A DNA stretch of 64,000 nucleotides from Spirochaetia bacterium (GTDB taxonomy: Bacteria > Spirochaetota > Spirochaetia > CADAEX01). A model generated the notes under the pieces. It did no database searches. It was not told the DNA's origin and saw only the letters and a list, made by a program, of their open reading frames with translations. The position numbers and the translations under genes are program-made. Every line of letters begins with the position of its first letter. The first letter of the stretch is position 1. Of this stretch, positions 29,315 through 38,795 are shown piece by piece. The stretch lies in contig JAZURI010000002.1 in the NCBI GenBank assembly GCA_045606105.1, positions 192,001-256,000 of the forward strand. Reading direction: 5' to 3'.

Positions 29315-30730
29315 TCAGAAACGGAAATCTCTTTTACCGTCGTGAAGTGCCTCCAGGTACTGCTTTGCAATGCTGCGTACCCTTTCGGACTTTATGTTTT
29401 CCACCTGGGTTTTAATAACCTTTTCACCCAGCTCCTGAGTTTTAGGGGATGCATAATCCTCCAGATATTCCTTCAGTGTCATGAGGGCATTAGGGAGACA
29501 GCAGTTTGCAATCTGTCCGTTCTTTGCCAATGACATGAAACGGTCCCCGGTTCTTCCTTCGCGGTAGCATGCGGTACAGAAGCTTGGGATATATCCAAGC
29601 TCCAGAAGCCACTGCATCACCTCATCCAGGGTTCTTGTATCGCTGACATCAAACTGGGCTGTCTCGTCATGTCTTTCCTCGGTTGTGTATCCCCCTACGC
29701 TGGTCCTTGAACCGCCGCTGATCTGGGAAACACCCACTGCCAGAACCCTTTCCCTGGCTCTCTTGCTCTCTCTTGTGGAGATGATGATACCTGTATAAGG
29801 AACCGCAATCCTGAGTACGGCGACAAGCTTTTCGAAAATATCGTCGGAAATGGCATCAGGGAAATCCTTTGCATCAATATCGTCTGCAGGGCGGATTCTC
29901 GGTACGCTGATTGTATGAGGGCCTACTCCCTTTGCTGCTTCAAGATGCTCTGCATGCATGAGCTGTCCCACAAAGTCGTAGCGGTAAGTGCTGAGTCCGT
30001 AAAGAACGCCGCAGCCCACATCGTCGATTCCTCCGTCCATGGCTCTGTCCATGGCCTCTGTATGGTATGCATAGTCGCTTTTAGGTCCTGTAGGATGGAG
30101 TCTTTCGTATTCCTTCTTGTTGTAGGTTTCCTGGAAAAGGATATAGGTGCCGATTCCGGCTTCCTTGAGCTTTCTGTAGTTTTCCACTGTGGTGGCCGCA
30201 ATGTTTACATTCACACGGCGGATTGCACCGTTCTTATGCTTGATGGAATATATAGTATCGATACACTCCAGCAGATATTCCATGGTATTGTTCCGCGGAT
30301 CTTCGCCCATTTCCAGGGCAAGTCTCTTGTGGCCCATATCCTGAAGTGCAATAACTTCCCGGCGGATTTCCTCCTGGGTAAGCTTCTTTCTGGGAATAGT
30401 CTTGTTCTTTGCATGGTACGGACAGTAGATACAGCCGTTAATGCAGTAATTGGAAAGGTAGAGAGGGGCAAACATTACGATTCTGTTGCCGTAGATTTCT
30501 TCCTTTATTTTCTTTGCAAGGGTGAAGATACGCTCGTTTTCCTCAGGTATATCGCAGTCAAGGAGAACAAGTGCCTCCCTGTGTGTAAGTCCCTTACAGT
30601 TTTCTGCCTTGTCAATGACAGAGCTTACATAAGCCTTGTCGCTTTTCTTAGCTTCAGCAAAGGCAAGTGTTTCGAGAATTTCCTCATGACTTATGAATTC
30701 CTCGGCCTTGCTTGATTTTGGATCGTACAT
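29315..30730 (-). CDS. hydG: [FeFe]-hydrogenase H-cluster maturase HydG (radical SAM)
   Basis: FAPLYLSNYCINGCIYC, LFQETY, GPHTISVPR, and C-terminal CTAC-x22-C auxiliary cluster motif, which ThiH lacks. Confidence 0.95.
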   Translation of the reverse strand: MYDPKSSKAEEFISHEEILETLAFAEAKKSDKAYVSSVIDKAENCKGLTHREALVLLDCDIPEENERIFTLAKKIKEEIYGNRIVMFAPLYLSNYCINGCIYCPYHAKNKTIPRKKLTQEEIRREVIALQDMGHKRLALEMGEDPRNNTMEYLLECIDTIYSIKHKNGAIRRVNVNIAATTVENYRKLKEAGIGTYILFQETYNKKEYERLHPTGPKSDYAYHTEAMDRAMDGGIDDVGCGVLYGLSTYRYDFVGQLMHAEHLEAAKGVGPHTISVPRIRPADDIDAKDFPDAISDDIFEKLVAVLRIAVPYTGIIISTRESKRARERVLAVGVSQISGGSRTSVGGYTTEERHDETAQFDVSDTRTLDEVMQWLLELGYIPSFCTACYREGRTGDRFMSLAKNGQIANCCLPNALMTLKEYLEDYASPKTQELGEKVIKTQVENIKSERVRSIAKQYLEALHDGKRDFRF

Positions 30731-30916
30731 CTCATTTCTCCGTATATAATATCCGGACAGGAATGGGGTGCAGATAAAGAGAAAATATTCCGGTTATCTG
30801 GGCCTCAGGTGTTGAACCTTCGGGGTAAGAGCCGTTCGCTGTCTGAATCATCTCCGTAGGGAATAACCCGTCGGATCCGATGTATAAAATATAATGCTTT
30901 TTGTTTTAAAAGTCAA

Positions 30917-31330
30917 TTATTGCACCAGGCTGAAGGTTACGGCAAGAATATTCCTGTTTCCGGAATACTCATATTCAATGCCGGAAGCCATCTTCTTCAC
31001 CATGAAGATACCCAGTCCTCCGATCTTTCTTTCCGCCGCGGAAAGGGTTACATCGGGATCCTCCTTTTCCAGGGGATTGTAGGGAATACCGCTGTCGATA
31101 AAGGTCAGTCTGGCGGCAGGAGGATTTTCCAGGATCTCAACCCTGACGGTGGCCTCCCCGGTCCCCTCTCCGTAGGCATAATGGGCAATATTTCCGAAAA
31201 GCTCGTCAACAGCCACATCAATCTGAACCTGCCGCTTCATGGGACAGTCTGCCTCCTCCAGCATGCTGTTCACAAAATCGGTAACAAGCTCTATGTTCTC
31301 TGTCTTTGCCTCTACTGTTATCTCTTTCAT
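30917..31330 (-). CDS. RsbW/SpoIIAB-like anti-sigma factor kinase (HATPase_c_2)
   Basis: AVDELFGNIAHYAY, FIDSGIPYNPL, IGGLGIFMVKK. Confidence 0.9.
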   Translation of the reverse strand: MKEITVEAKTENIELVTDFVNSMLEEADCPMKRQVQIDVAVDELFGNIAHYAYGEGTGEATVRVEILENPPAARLTFIDSGIPYNPLEKEDPDVTLSAAERKIGGLGIFMVKKMASGIEYEYSGNRNILAVTFSLVQ

Positions 31331-31341
31331 CGGACCGCCCC

Positions 31342-34170
31342 TTAACCGGTTATACTGAACCTGACTGTAAGCACGTTCTGGTTATCGGTATATTCATATT
31401 CAATGCCGGAAGACATCTTCTTCACCATGAAGATACCCAGCCCTCCGATCTTTCTCTCTGCGGCAGAAAGGGTGATGTCAGGATCATCCTTTTCCAGAGG
31501 ATTGTACGGCACACCGTTGTCCCGGAATACCAGGGTAAGATCTGTATCATCCATTGTACATGAAACCTGGGCATAATCGGTACCGCTGTAGCGCAGGATG
31601 TTGGAGTAGATTTCATCAACCGCCACCTGTACCCTGCTCCTTACCTTGTGAGGAAGCTCTGCCAGCTTTGTCTTTCTGGCCACATAATCCAGAACCATTT
31701 CGGTGGTTTCCAGATCCGGAGATGTATATACGCAATCCTCTCCCACAAAATATTTCAGCCTTACGGAAAGCATGGTAATATCGTCAAACTGGTCTGCCTC
31801 TCCGGCAAATTCATCAATGGCCTTCTTTATGTTCTTCAGCCTGCTTTCAACCCCTTCGTCGGGATTTGTATTGATGACCTCAAGAAGCCTGTCCTCTCCC
31901 AGAAGCTGATTGTTCACATCTGTAGCCTCGGTAACGCCGTCTGTATAAATGAATATTTCGTCACCCGGACAAAGCCTGAGCTCATGCTTCCTGTATCTGA
32001 CACCGTCCATACCGGCAAGAACAAAGTTGGCCCTGGTTTTCAGGTAATCGAACTTTCCGTTCTTGTGACGGATAAGAGGAGGATTGTGCCCTGCGTTGGC
32101 ATAGGTGAGCATTCCTGTTTTCAGGTCCACGATTCCTATCCAGGCGGTAACAAACATTCCGGCTTCGTTTCCTTCGCAGAGCTTGGCATTGGCATTGGTA
32201 AACACTTCGTCAACCTCCATACCCGATTCCACATAGCTCTTGATGATGGTCTTGGCTGTCATCATGAACATGGCGGCCGGAATTCCCTTTCCGGAAACAT
32301 CGGCAATCAGGAAGCCCAGCCTGTCGTTGTCCATGAGATAGAAGTCGTAGAAATCGCCTCCCACCTCCTTGGCTGTATCCATGGTTGCGTAGATATCAAA
32401 ATCCTTCCTGTGAGGGAACGGAGGAAAGATATTAGGCAGTGCGGAAAGCTGGATGGATTTTGCAAATTCCAGCTCCTTGTCTATTCTGGCCTCAGCCTCG
32501 GATATGTATTTCTTCAGGGTATCCACCGTAAAGTTGATATCGTCCGAAAGGGAGGCAAATTCCCTGTTACCGCGGACATTAACCACCTCGTTCAGGTTTC
32601 CTCCTGTGATTCTGGCCAGGGATATGTTTATTCTGTGGATGTTGTTTATGATTACCTTCTTTATCAGCAGATAAACCAGGATAAAGAGCATGGTGAAGAT
32701 AAGTATTTCCGTAAAGATACCCATGTAGACCGACAGGTTCATGGAGAAAAGGGCCTCTTTCTTCGGGTATACCGCAACTACATAATAATATTTTGAGGCT
32801 ACCGGGAAAAGGCCGTACATATAGAAGACCTCTTCTCCGTAAAGATTTGTTTCAAAGACCTCTTTGAGATGAAGGGTTTCAGGCTCGATACCCAGCTCCA
32901 TGATTTTGTTTTCGCTTCTGTCACGGCCGTGGCTTACGATATTTCCGCTGGCATCGGTTACGATCAGGTAACCTCTCTTTCCGATCAGCTTGTTCCTGGC
33001 GGAATCCCGGATATTGAAATTTACCTCATTGATAAGGAATGTCAGGTCGTAGCCCACGATGATCATTCCCCCCTTGTCCAGGGAAGTGGCCACATATTTC
33101 CTGAAGACATTGCTGTTATGGAAGGAGGCCTCATATTCTCCCGCCAGGCTGCTTTCCCATCCTGTCAGGACCGGACCGAACTGATGAAGACTCTTGTAGT
33201 TCAGATAACTGTTGTTGAAGGTCTTCAGGTTGGTGGTGAAGATAAATCTTCCTTCCCGGTTGGTGACATAGATTTCAGGCACATTGTATCTGGAGCTGAT
33301 CTCCCGGAATTTTTCAAGGTCCATTTTTCCTGCATTGTTGATATCGGTGGCAATCCATGAGTTGTATTTTCTGAGGAAGGATTCCATGTTGTCATTCATT
33401 CCGTCCTCCAGACTTACCAGGTTATCGTTCAATACACTGTAGATTTCCTGCTTTGAAAGTCTTGAATTGAGACCATAGGTAAAGATACTGGTCATTCCGA
33501 AGGCAACCAGGATGGAAACCAGAAGTGAATTCTGGAAGGTTTGGGTAATGGGAGGTGCCTTTTTCTTTTCAGAAAAATCCTTTCCTATCATTACTATCAG
33601 CCATTCGGCCAGCATTACCGACATTGCGGTGGCGATTATCATAGGGGGAGCACAGATGTAGACCACATCAAGGGCTCTGTTGAGATCGTCCAGCTTGGTT
33701 ATAACAAGAAGAATCATGTGGATTACTTCGGTTGAAGTACCGATGAGGAGACCGTAAAGCCAGGAGGAACGCTTGTTTCCGAAAATAAATTTCCGGCTGA
33801 ATGCTCCGAAAAGACCGGCACATACGGTAGCCACGGAACAAGCTATCTGGGAGTAGACACCGATTCCGAACAAAGCAGCCACATACCGATGGACACCGCC
33901 CAGGATACCGGCGAGGATACCGGCCGGAGCTCCGAAAACAAGACCTGCAATCAGAGGTGCGGCATTCCTGACATTGAGTACAACCCCGCTGGTGGTAATT
34001 CCGAAATGGGTGGCCGAACAGGCGACAAGGCCGAAAACCACCCCTATTATCAGCTGTCTGTATCTGAAAGGTATACTGTTCCATTTGGTCTTCTTTTCGA
34101 GAATATAAAAGAATACGGCAAACAGAACAGGAATAAGGGCAGAAATGATAAGTAAGAATGCTGTCAACAT
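31342..34170 (-). CDS. Membrane sensor PP2C phosphatase: 5TM-LytS, Cache, HAMP, SpoIIE and C-terminal RsbW-like domains
   Basis: NVRNAAPLIAGLVFGAPAG (5TMR-LYT); HAMP; EVGGDFYD, IADVSGKG, NAGHNPP, YTDGVTEA, QFDDITM; then AVDEIYSNILRY...GGLGIFMVKK. Confidence 0.9.
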   Translation of the reverse strand: MLTAFLLIISALIPVLFAVFFYILEKKTKWNSIPFRYRQLIIGVVFGLVACSATHFGITTSGVVLNVRNAAPLIAGLVFGAPAGILAGILGGVHRYVAALFGIGVYSQIACSVATVCAGLFGAFSRKFIFGNKRSSWLYGLLIGTSTEVIHMILLVITKLDDLNRALDVVYICAPPMIIATAMSVMLAEWLIVMIGKDFSEKKKAPPITQTFQNSLLVSILVAFGMTSIFTYGLNSRLSKQEIYSVLNDNLVSLEDGMNDNMESFLRKYNSWIATDINNAGKMDLEKFREISSRYNVPEIYVTNREGRFIFTTNLKTFNNSYLNYKSLHQFGPVLTGWESSLAGEYEASFHNSNVFRKYVATSLDKGGMIIVGYDLTFLINEVNFNIRDSARNKLIGKRGYLIVTDASGNIVSHGRDRSENKIMELGIEPETLHLKEVFETNLYGEEVFYMYGLFPVASKYYYVVAVYPKKEALFSMNLSVYMGIFTEILIFTMLFILVYLLIKKVIINNIHRINISLARITGGNLNEVVNVRGNREFASLSDDINFTVDTLKKYISEAEARIDKELEFAKSIQLSALPNIFPPFPHRKDFDIYATMDTAKEVGGDFYDFYLMDNDRLGFLIADVSGKGIPAAMFMMTAKTIIKSYVESGMEVDEVFTNANAKLCEGNEAGMFVTAWIGIVDLKTGMLTYANAGHNPPLIRHKNGKFDYLKTRANFVLAGMDGVRYRKHELRLCPGDEIFIYTDGVTEATDVNNQLLGEDRLLEVINTNPDEGVESRLKNIKKAIDEFAGEADQFDDITMLSVRLKYFVGEDCVYTSPDLETTEMVLDYVARKTKLAELPHKVRSRVQVAVDEIYSNILRYSGTDYAQVSCTMDDTDLTLVFRDNGVPYNPLEKDDPDITLSAAERKIGGLGIFMVKKMSSGIEYEYTDNQNVLTVRFSITG

Positions 34171-34179
34171 TTTATCCTC

Positions 34180-34944
34180 CTACGGCCTGAAATAGGTTCT
34201 TCTTGCCTTGCCGTCTATTATATCGACCAGGGACCTGTTTCCGTTGGCAACAATGACGGGAATTCCCCTGGCTGTAGCCATTTCGGCAGCCTTTACCTTG
34301 GATTTCATCCCGCCGAGACCCAGATATGATTTTCCGTGCTCGGACATGTGATAGATTTCCTCGGTAATCCGGTCCACCTCGTCGAAGAAACGGGCATCGG
34401 GATTTTCCTTTGGATTATCGGCAAAGAGACCGTCCACATCGGTAAGTATGACTGTAAGATCCACCTTCAGATTCACGGAAACCACTGCGGCAAGTATATC
34501 GTTATCGGAAAAATAGTGGGCTCCTTCAAGCTCGGTCTTGTCCACGATATCGTTTTCGTTGATGATCGGGATAGTTCCCTCGCTGAGATAGGCATCCAGA
34601 ACTGTCATAAGGGTCCGGACCTCATTTTCCTTGTCAAAATTATGATGAGTAACAAGAACCTGTGCTATGAACTGGTTGTTTTCCCTGAAAAAATCCTTGT
34701 AGTACTTTATCAGGTTCACCTGACCCATTCCCGAAAGCATCTGAAGATGAAGGGTATCTTTGGGTCGCTCGGTTATTCCGCGGAGCTCCATTCCTGCAGC
34801 AACGGCACCTGAGGAAACAAGAATTATCTCATGTCCCCTGGCCTTGAGCGCAGACATTTCCTTTACCTTCCTGCTGATGAAATTATAATTGATCTGATTC
34901 TCTTCGCTTATAAGAGCACTTCCGATCTTGACCAAAATTCTCAT
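34180..34944 (-). CDS. proB: Glutamate 5-kinase (no PUA domain)
   Basis: VKIGS, VSSGAVAAG, PIINEND, SDNDILAA, TDVDGL, GGMKSK. Confidence 0.95.
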   Translation of the reverse strand: MRILVKIGSALISEENQINYNFISRKVKEMSALKARGHEIILVSSGAVAAGMELRGITERPKDTLHLQMLSGMGQVNLIKYYKDFFRENNQFIAQVLVTHHNFDKENEVRTLMTVLDAYLSEGTIPIINENDIVDKTELEGAHYFSDNDILAAVVSVNLKVDLTVILTDVDGLFADNPKENPDARFFDEVDRITEEIYHMSEHGKSYLGLGGMKSKVKAAEMATARGIPVIVANGNRSLVDIIDGKARRTYFRP

Positions 34945-34955
34945 TTTTTTACCTA

Positions 34956-36269
34956 TTATATATCTTTATGTGTAAACTTCTTTTCTCCGCTTACATAATC
35001 CCTGACCAGATTTCCCTGTCCCTGAAGCCTGTACTTGTAGATTGTAAGACCTTCCAGTCCCACCGGACCTCTGGCATGGATCTTTGATGTGGAAATACCC
35101 ACCTCCGCACCGAAACCGTACCGGAACCCATCGGCGAAACGGGTTGAAGCATTGTGCATGACGGAAGAGGAATCCACCCCTGCAAAAAATATCTCTGCCA
35201 TAGAAGCATCATCGGTGGCAATGGCATCGGTATGATGGGAGCCGTACCTGTTGATATGCTCCATGGCTTCATGAATATCAGAAACCACCTTTACGGAAAG
35301 GATAAGGTCATCGTATTCTGTGGCCCAGTCCTCCTCGGTGGCAGGAATAACATCTATTATTTTCCGGACTGCCTCGTCTCCCCTGATTTCCACCCCTTTT
35401 TCATCCAGGGCTTTTTTTACCGCAGGGAGAAAACTCTCAGCCGAATCCTTGTGGACCAGCAGGGTTTCCAGGGCATTGCATACAGCCGGATACTGTGTCT
35501 TGGAATCGACGACCAGCGATACGGCCTTTTCCTGATCCACACTGCTGTCTATGTAGTAATGGCAGATTCCGTCGGCATGTCCCAGAACCGGAATCTTTGT
35601 ATGTTCCTTGACAAACCTGACCAGAGCATTGGAGCCCCGCGGTATCATGAGGTCGATGACAGTATCCAGCTCAAGCAGGGTGTTTATCTCCTCCCTGGTC
35701 TGAGCCAGCACTACCGTTCCTTTAAAAATATCCTTGCCAAGCTGACGGTCTGCAGCTTCGGAAGCCTCAAGAACGGTTTCGTAAAGGATCCTGTTGGACA
35801 GGACTGCCTCCTTGCCTCCCTTGAGAATGGCACAGTTTCCGGATTTGATACAGAGGGATGCAATCTGGATAAAGGCCTCGGGTCTTGCCTCGAATATTAC
35901 ACCGATAAGTCCTACCGGTACCGAATATCTGGTAAGGAGAAGATCGTCATCCAGCTCTCTTCTCAGCTGTACATGTCCCAGCGGATCGGGAAGTGATGCT
36001 ACCTGAAGAACCCCTGCAGCCATCTGCCCTATCTTGTCCGGGGTAAGCTCCAGCCTTTTAAGCATGACGGGATTAAGCCCCTCTGCTTCGGAGCGTTTCA
36101 TGTCCTCCCGGTTTTTCAGATATATCTCTTCCTTCTTTTTCAGAAGCAGCTCTGCCAGAAGCCTGAGGACAAGATTTCTCTCAACAAGGGATGTCCCTGC
36201 CAGGGCAAAGCTTTTTTTCTTGGCATTTTCTGCCTGTATTGCAATTTCACTCATGTTATTTTTTTCCAT
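34956..36269 (-). CDS. proA: Glutamate-5-semialdehyde dehydrogenase
   Basis: GVIFEARP, LKGGKEA, IPRGS, CNALETLL, NASTRFADG, HARGPVGLEGL. Confidence 0.97.
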   Translation of the reverse strand: MEKNNMSEIAIQAENAKKKSFALAGTSLVERNLVLRLLAELLLKKKEEIYLKNREDMKRSEAEGLNPVMLKRLELTPDKIGQMAAGVLQVASLPDPLGHVQLRRELDDDLLLTRYSVPVGLIGVIFEARPEAFIQIASLCIKSGNCAILKGGKEAVLSNRILYETVLEASEAADRQLGKDIFKGTVVLAQTREEINTLLELDTVIDLMIPRGSNALVRFVKEHTKIPVLGHADGICHYYIDSSVDQEKAVSLVVDSKTQYPAVCNALETLLVHKDSAESFLPAVKKALDEKGVEIRGDEAVRKIIDVIPATEEDWATEYDDLILSVKVVSDIHEAMEHINRYGSHHTDAIATDDASMAEIFFAGVDSSSVMHNASTRFADGFRYGFGAEVGISTSKIHARGPVGLEGLTIYKYRLQGQGNLVRDYVSGEKKFTHKDI

Positions 36270-37059
36270 TTCCCAGTTCCCTGCTCCTGAGAGCCGCCGC
36301 TTTTACGGTTCCGGAAATAATTTCGGCATAATCGGAGGTCTCAAGTATTTTACGGCCTGCCACAGTTGTACCTCCCGGACTGGAAACCATGGTTACCAGC
36401 TCTTCGGGCGAAAGATTCTTTTCCTTTAAAAGATCGGCTGTGCCGCTGAAGGTGGACAGGGTAAGAAATCTTGCCTGCTCTTCAGAAAGCCCCACCTCGG
36501 TACCGGCCTTGATAAAAGCCTCTATGAGCCTGGCCACGAATGCAGGGCCGGAACCGCTGAGTCCGGTTACGCCGTCCATCAGTTCTTCCTTCACCTCAAC
36601 CACCGAACCGGCCATGGAAAGCAGTCTCATTATTTCTGTTTTATGATTTTCGTCGAAGCCGTGGCTGAAAACCGCACCTCCGGCCATCTCCCCGATAAGA
36701 CACGGTGTATTGGGCATGAGTCGCACAGCAGGTATACCGGGAAACCAGCCCTCCAGGGTACCCAGAGAAACGCCGGCAGCAATGGAAAGGAGAATTCCTT
36801 TTCTTATTTCAAGTGTTCCGGCCACGGAAGGAAGAACCTGGGGCTTTACCGCAAGAATGACAAGATCTGCATCTTCGGCCATTTTATTCATGTCATTGTA
36901 TACGGTTACCCTTTCCGCAAAGGTATCAGAAAAAAGTTTTCCCCTTTTTTCATCGGGATCAAATACGGAAACAGTCAGGGAGGAATCGCCCCTGAAAAAA
37001 GAACCGGCAAGGGCAAACGCCATGTTGCCCCCACCTACAAAAGCTATTTTTTTCATCAT
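36256..37059 (-). CDS. proC: Pyrroline-5-carboxylate reductase
   Basis: FVGGGNMA, LAVKPQ, RLMPNTP, GLSGSGPAF, VSSPGGTT. Confidence 0.97.
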   Translation of the reverse strand: MMKKIAFVGGGNMAFALAGSFFRGDSSLTVSVFDPDEKRGKLFSDTFAERVTVYNDMNKMAEDADLVILAVKPQVLPSVAGTLEIRKGILLSIAAGVSLGTLEGWFPGIPAVRLMPNTPCLIGEMAGGAVFSHGFDENHKTEIMRLLSMAGSVVEVKEELMDGVTGLSGSGPAFVARLIEAFIKAGTEVGLSEEQARFLTLSTFSGTADLLKEKNLSPEELVTMVSSPGGTTVAGRKILETSDYAEIISGTVKAAALRSRELGNGKK

Positions 37060-37070
37060 TTCCCTTATAA

Positions 37071-38783
37071 TCAGAGAGTTTTCAGAAGCTCCCTGACATA
37101 ATCAACAGCCTTGTCAATATCAACAAGCTCTGTAACGCCTGTTCTTCTTACCTTAACCTCTACCTTGCCGTTTTCAACGCTCTTTCCCCCTACGAGAACC
37201 TGTACAGGGAATCCCACAAGCTCGGCATCGTTCATCTTGAAGCCGGCTCTTTCGTCACGGTCGTCGATAACGGTATCCACACCGCATTCCAGGAGAGACT
37301 GATATGTCTTTTCAGCCACTTCCACAACCTGTTCATTGTTTCCGTGAAGCGGAATTACCGCAACCTCAAACGGAGCAACGGCAGGAGACCAGATAATACC
37401 TTTTTCATCATGGTTCTGTTCGATGAATGCAGCCATGGTTCTGGTAACTCCGATTCCGTAGCAGCCCATGACAGCCACGCTTTCCTTTCCGTTCCTGTCC
37501 AGGAATGTACAGTGCATAGGGGCTGAATATTTAGTACCGAGATGGAATACCTGTCCTACTTCGATACCGCGGAACTCCTCAAGGATACCGTCGCAGTGAG
37601 GACATTTCTCACCGACCTTGGCAAAGGTAACATCTCCTATGATATCTGCCTTGAAATCCCTTTCAGGATCGATACCTGTAAGGTGGGCATCTGTCTTGTT
37701 GGCACCGCATACCAGGTTTACCCTTCCGTAAATCTGCTTGTCGGCAACAATCCTTATCTTCTCCTTAAGGTTTACGGGACCTGCAAATCCCACCTCGGCA
37801 CCGGTAACCCTCTTTACGGTTTCCTCGTCTGCAGGAAGAACGCTGTTGGCCTTGAGAACCGACTGGATCTTGGCCTCGTTGGCATCCTGCTCGCCCGGTA
37901 CCAGTACTGCAACCGGCTCCTCGTCCACGATAAAGATAAGGGTCTTTATAAACTGCTCGGCTCCCCTTTCAAGGAAAGCTGTAATCTCTTCAATGGTTTT
38001 CTTTCCCGGTGTGGCAACCTCCTGCATCTCCTCAAGAGCACTTCTGTCAGGAGCCGGAATCACCCTGTCGGCCACCGCCTTTTCCACATTGGCCGCATAA
38101 TCGCATTTACTGCAGGAAAGGATTGCATCCTCTCCGGAATCTGCCAGAACCTGGAACTCGTGGGAAAGTTCTCCTCCGATGGCACCGGTGGAGGCATCCA
38201 CAGCCTTGAACCTGAGTCCGCAGCGCTTGAAAATTGCGGTATATGCCTCGTACATGAGCTTGTAGCTCTTGATGGCCTCTTCCTCATTGACATCGAAGCT
38301 GTAGGCATCCTTCATAATGAATTCACGGCCTCTCATGAGTCCAAAGCGGGGACGTACTTCGTCGCGGAACTTGCCCTGAATCTGATATATGTTCCATGGA
38401 AGCTGACGGTAGGACTTAAGGTTTCTCCTTACCATGTCAGTAATTACCTCCTCGTGGGTAGGTCCGAGACAGTATTCGGCATTCTTCCTGTCCTTGAATC
38501 TGAGAAGTTCAGGTCCATAATAATTCCATCTGCCGCTTTCCTGCCAGAGCTCGCCCGGCTGTACCGCAGGCATGAGGCATTCCTGACACCCTCTCTTGTC
38601 CAGCTCTTCCCTGATGATCTTTTCAATCTTGTTGATGGATCTGTATGCCATTGGAAGGTAGTTGTAGATACCTGCCGCCAGCTTCTGAATCATTCCCGCA
38701 CGAAGCATGAGAATATGGCTTATAACCTCTGCCTCCTTTGGGGCTTCCTTGAATGTCTTAAGAAAATATCTGCTGAGTCTCAC
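37071..38783 (-). CDS. proS: Proline--tRNA ligase (bacterial type with editing domain)
   Basis: LGPTHEE, KFRDEVRPRFGLMRGREFIMKDAYSF, GIEVGQVF, MGCYGIG. Confidence 0.97.
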   Translation of the reverse strand: MRLSRYFLKTFKEAPKEAEVISHILMLRAGMIQKLAAGIYNYLPMAYRSINKIEKIIREELDKRGCQECLMPAVQPGELWQESGRWNYYGPELLRFKDRKNAEYCLGPTHEEVITDMVRRNLKSYRQLPWNIYQIQGKFRDEVRPRFGLMRGREFIMKDAYSFDVNEEEAIKSYKLMYEAYTAIFKRCGLRFKAVDASTGAIGGELSHEFQVLADSGEDAILSCSKCDYAANVEKAVADRVIPAPDRSALEEMQEVATPGKKTIEEITAFLERGAEQFIKTLIFIVDEEPVAVLVPGEQDANEAKIQSVLKANSVLPADEETVKRVTGAEVGFAGPVNLKEKIRIVADKQIYGRVNLVCGANKTDAHLTGIDPERDFKADIIGDVTFAKVGEKCPHCDGILEEFRGIEVGQVFHLGTKYSAPMHCTFLDRNGKESVAVMGCYGIGVTRTMAAFIEQNHDEKGIIWSPAVAPFEVAVIPLHGNNEQVVEVAEKTYQSLLECGVDTVIDDRDERAGFKMNDAELVGFPVQVLVGGKSVENGKVEVKVRRTGVTELVDIDKAVDYVRELLKTL

Positions 38784-38795
38784 TTTAGTTCTCCA

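Noticed and set aside
29315-30730. Possible thiH call
   Set aside because: Length and the C-terminal CxxC-x22-C motif indicate HydG; no thi genes adjacent.
30765-30865. TPP-riboswitch-like words on the plus strand (GGGGTGC, TGAACCT, CGTAGGGAA)
   Set aside because: No CTGAGA, wrong spacing, antisense to hydG and no plus-strand gene downstream.
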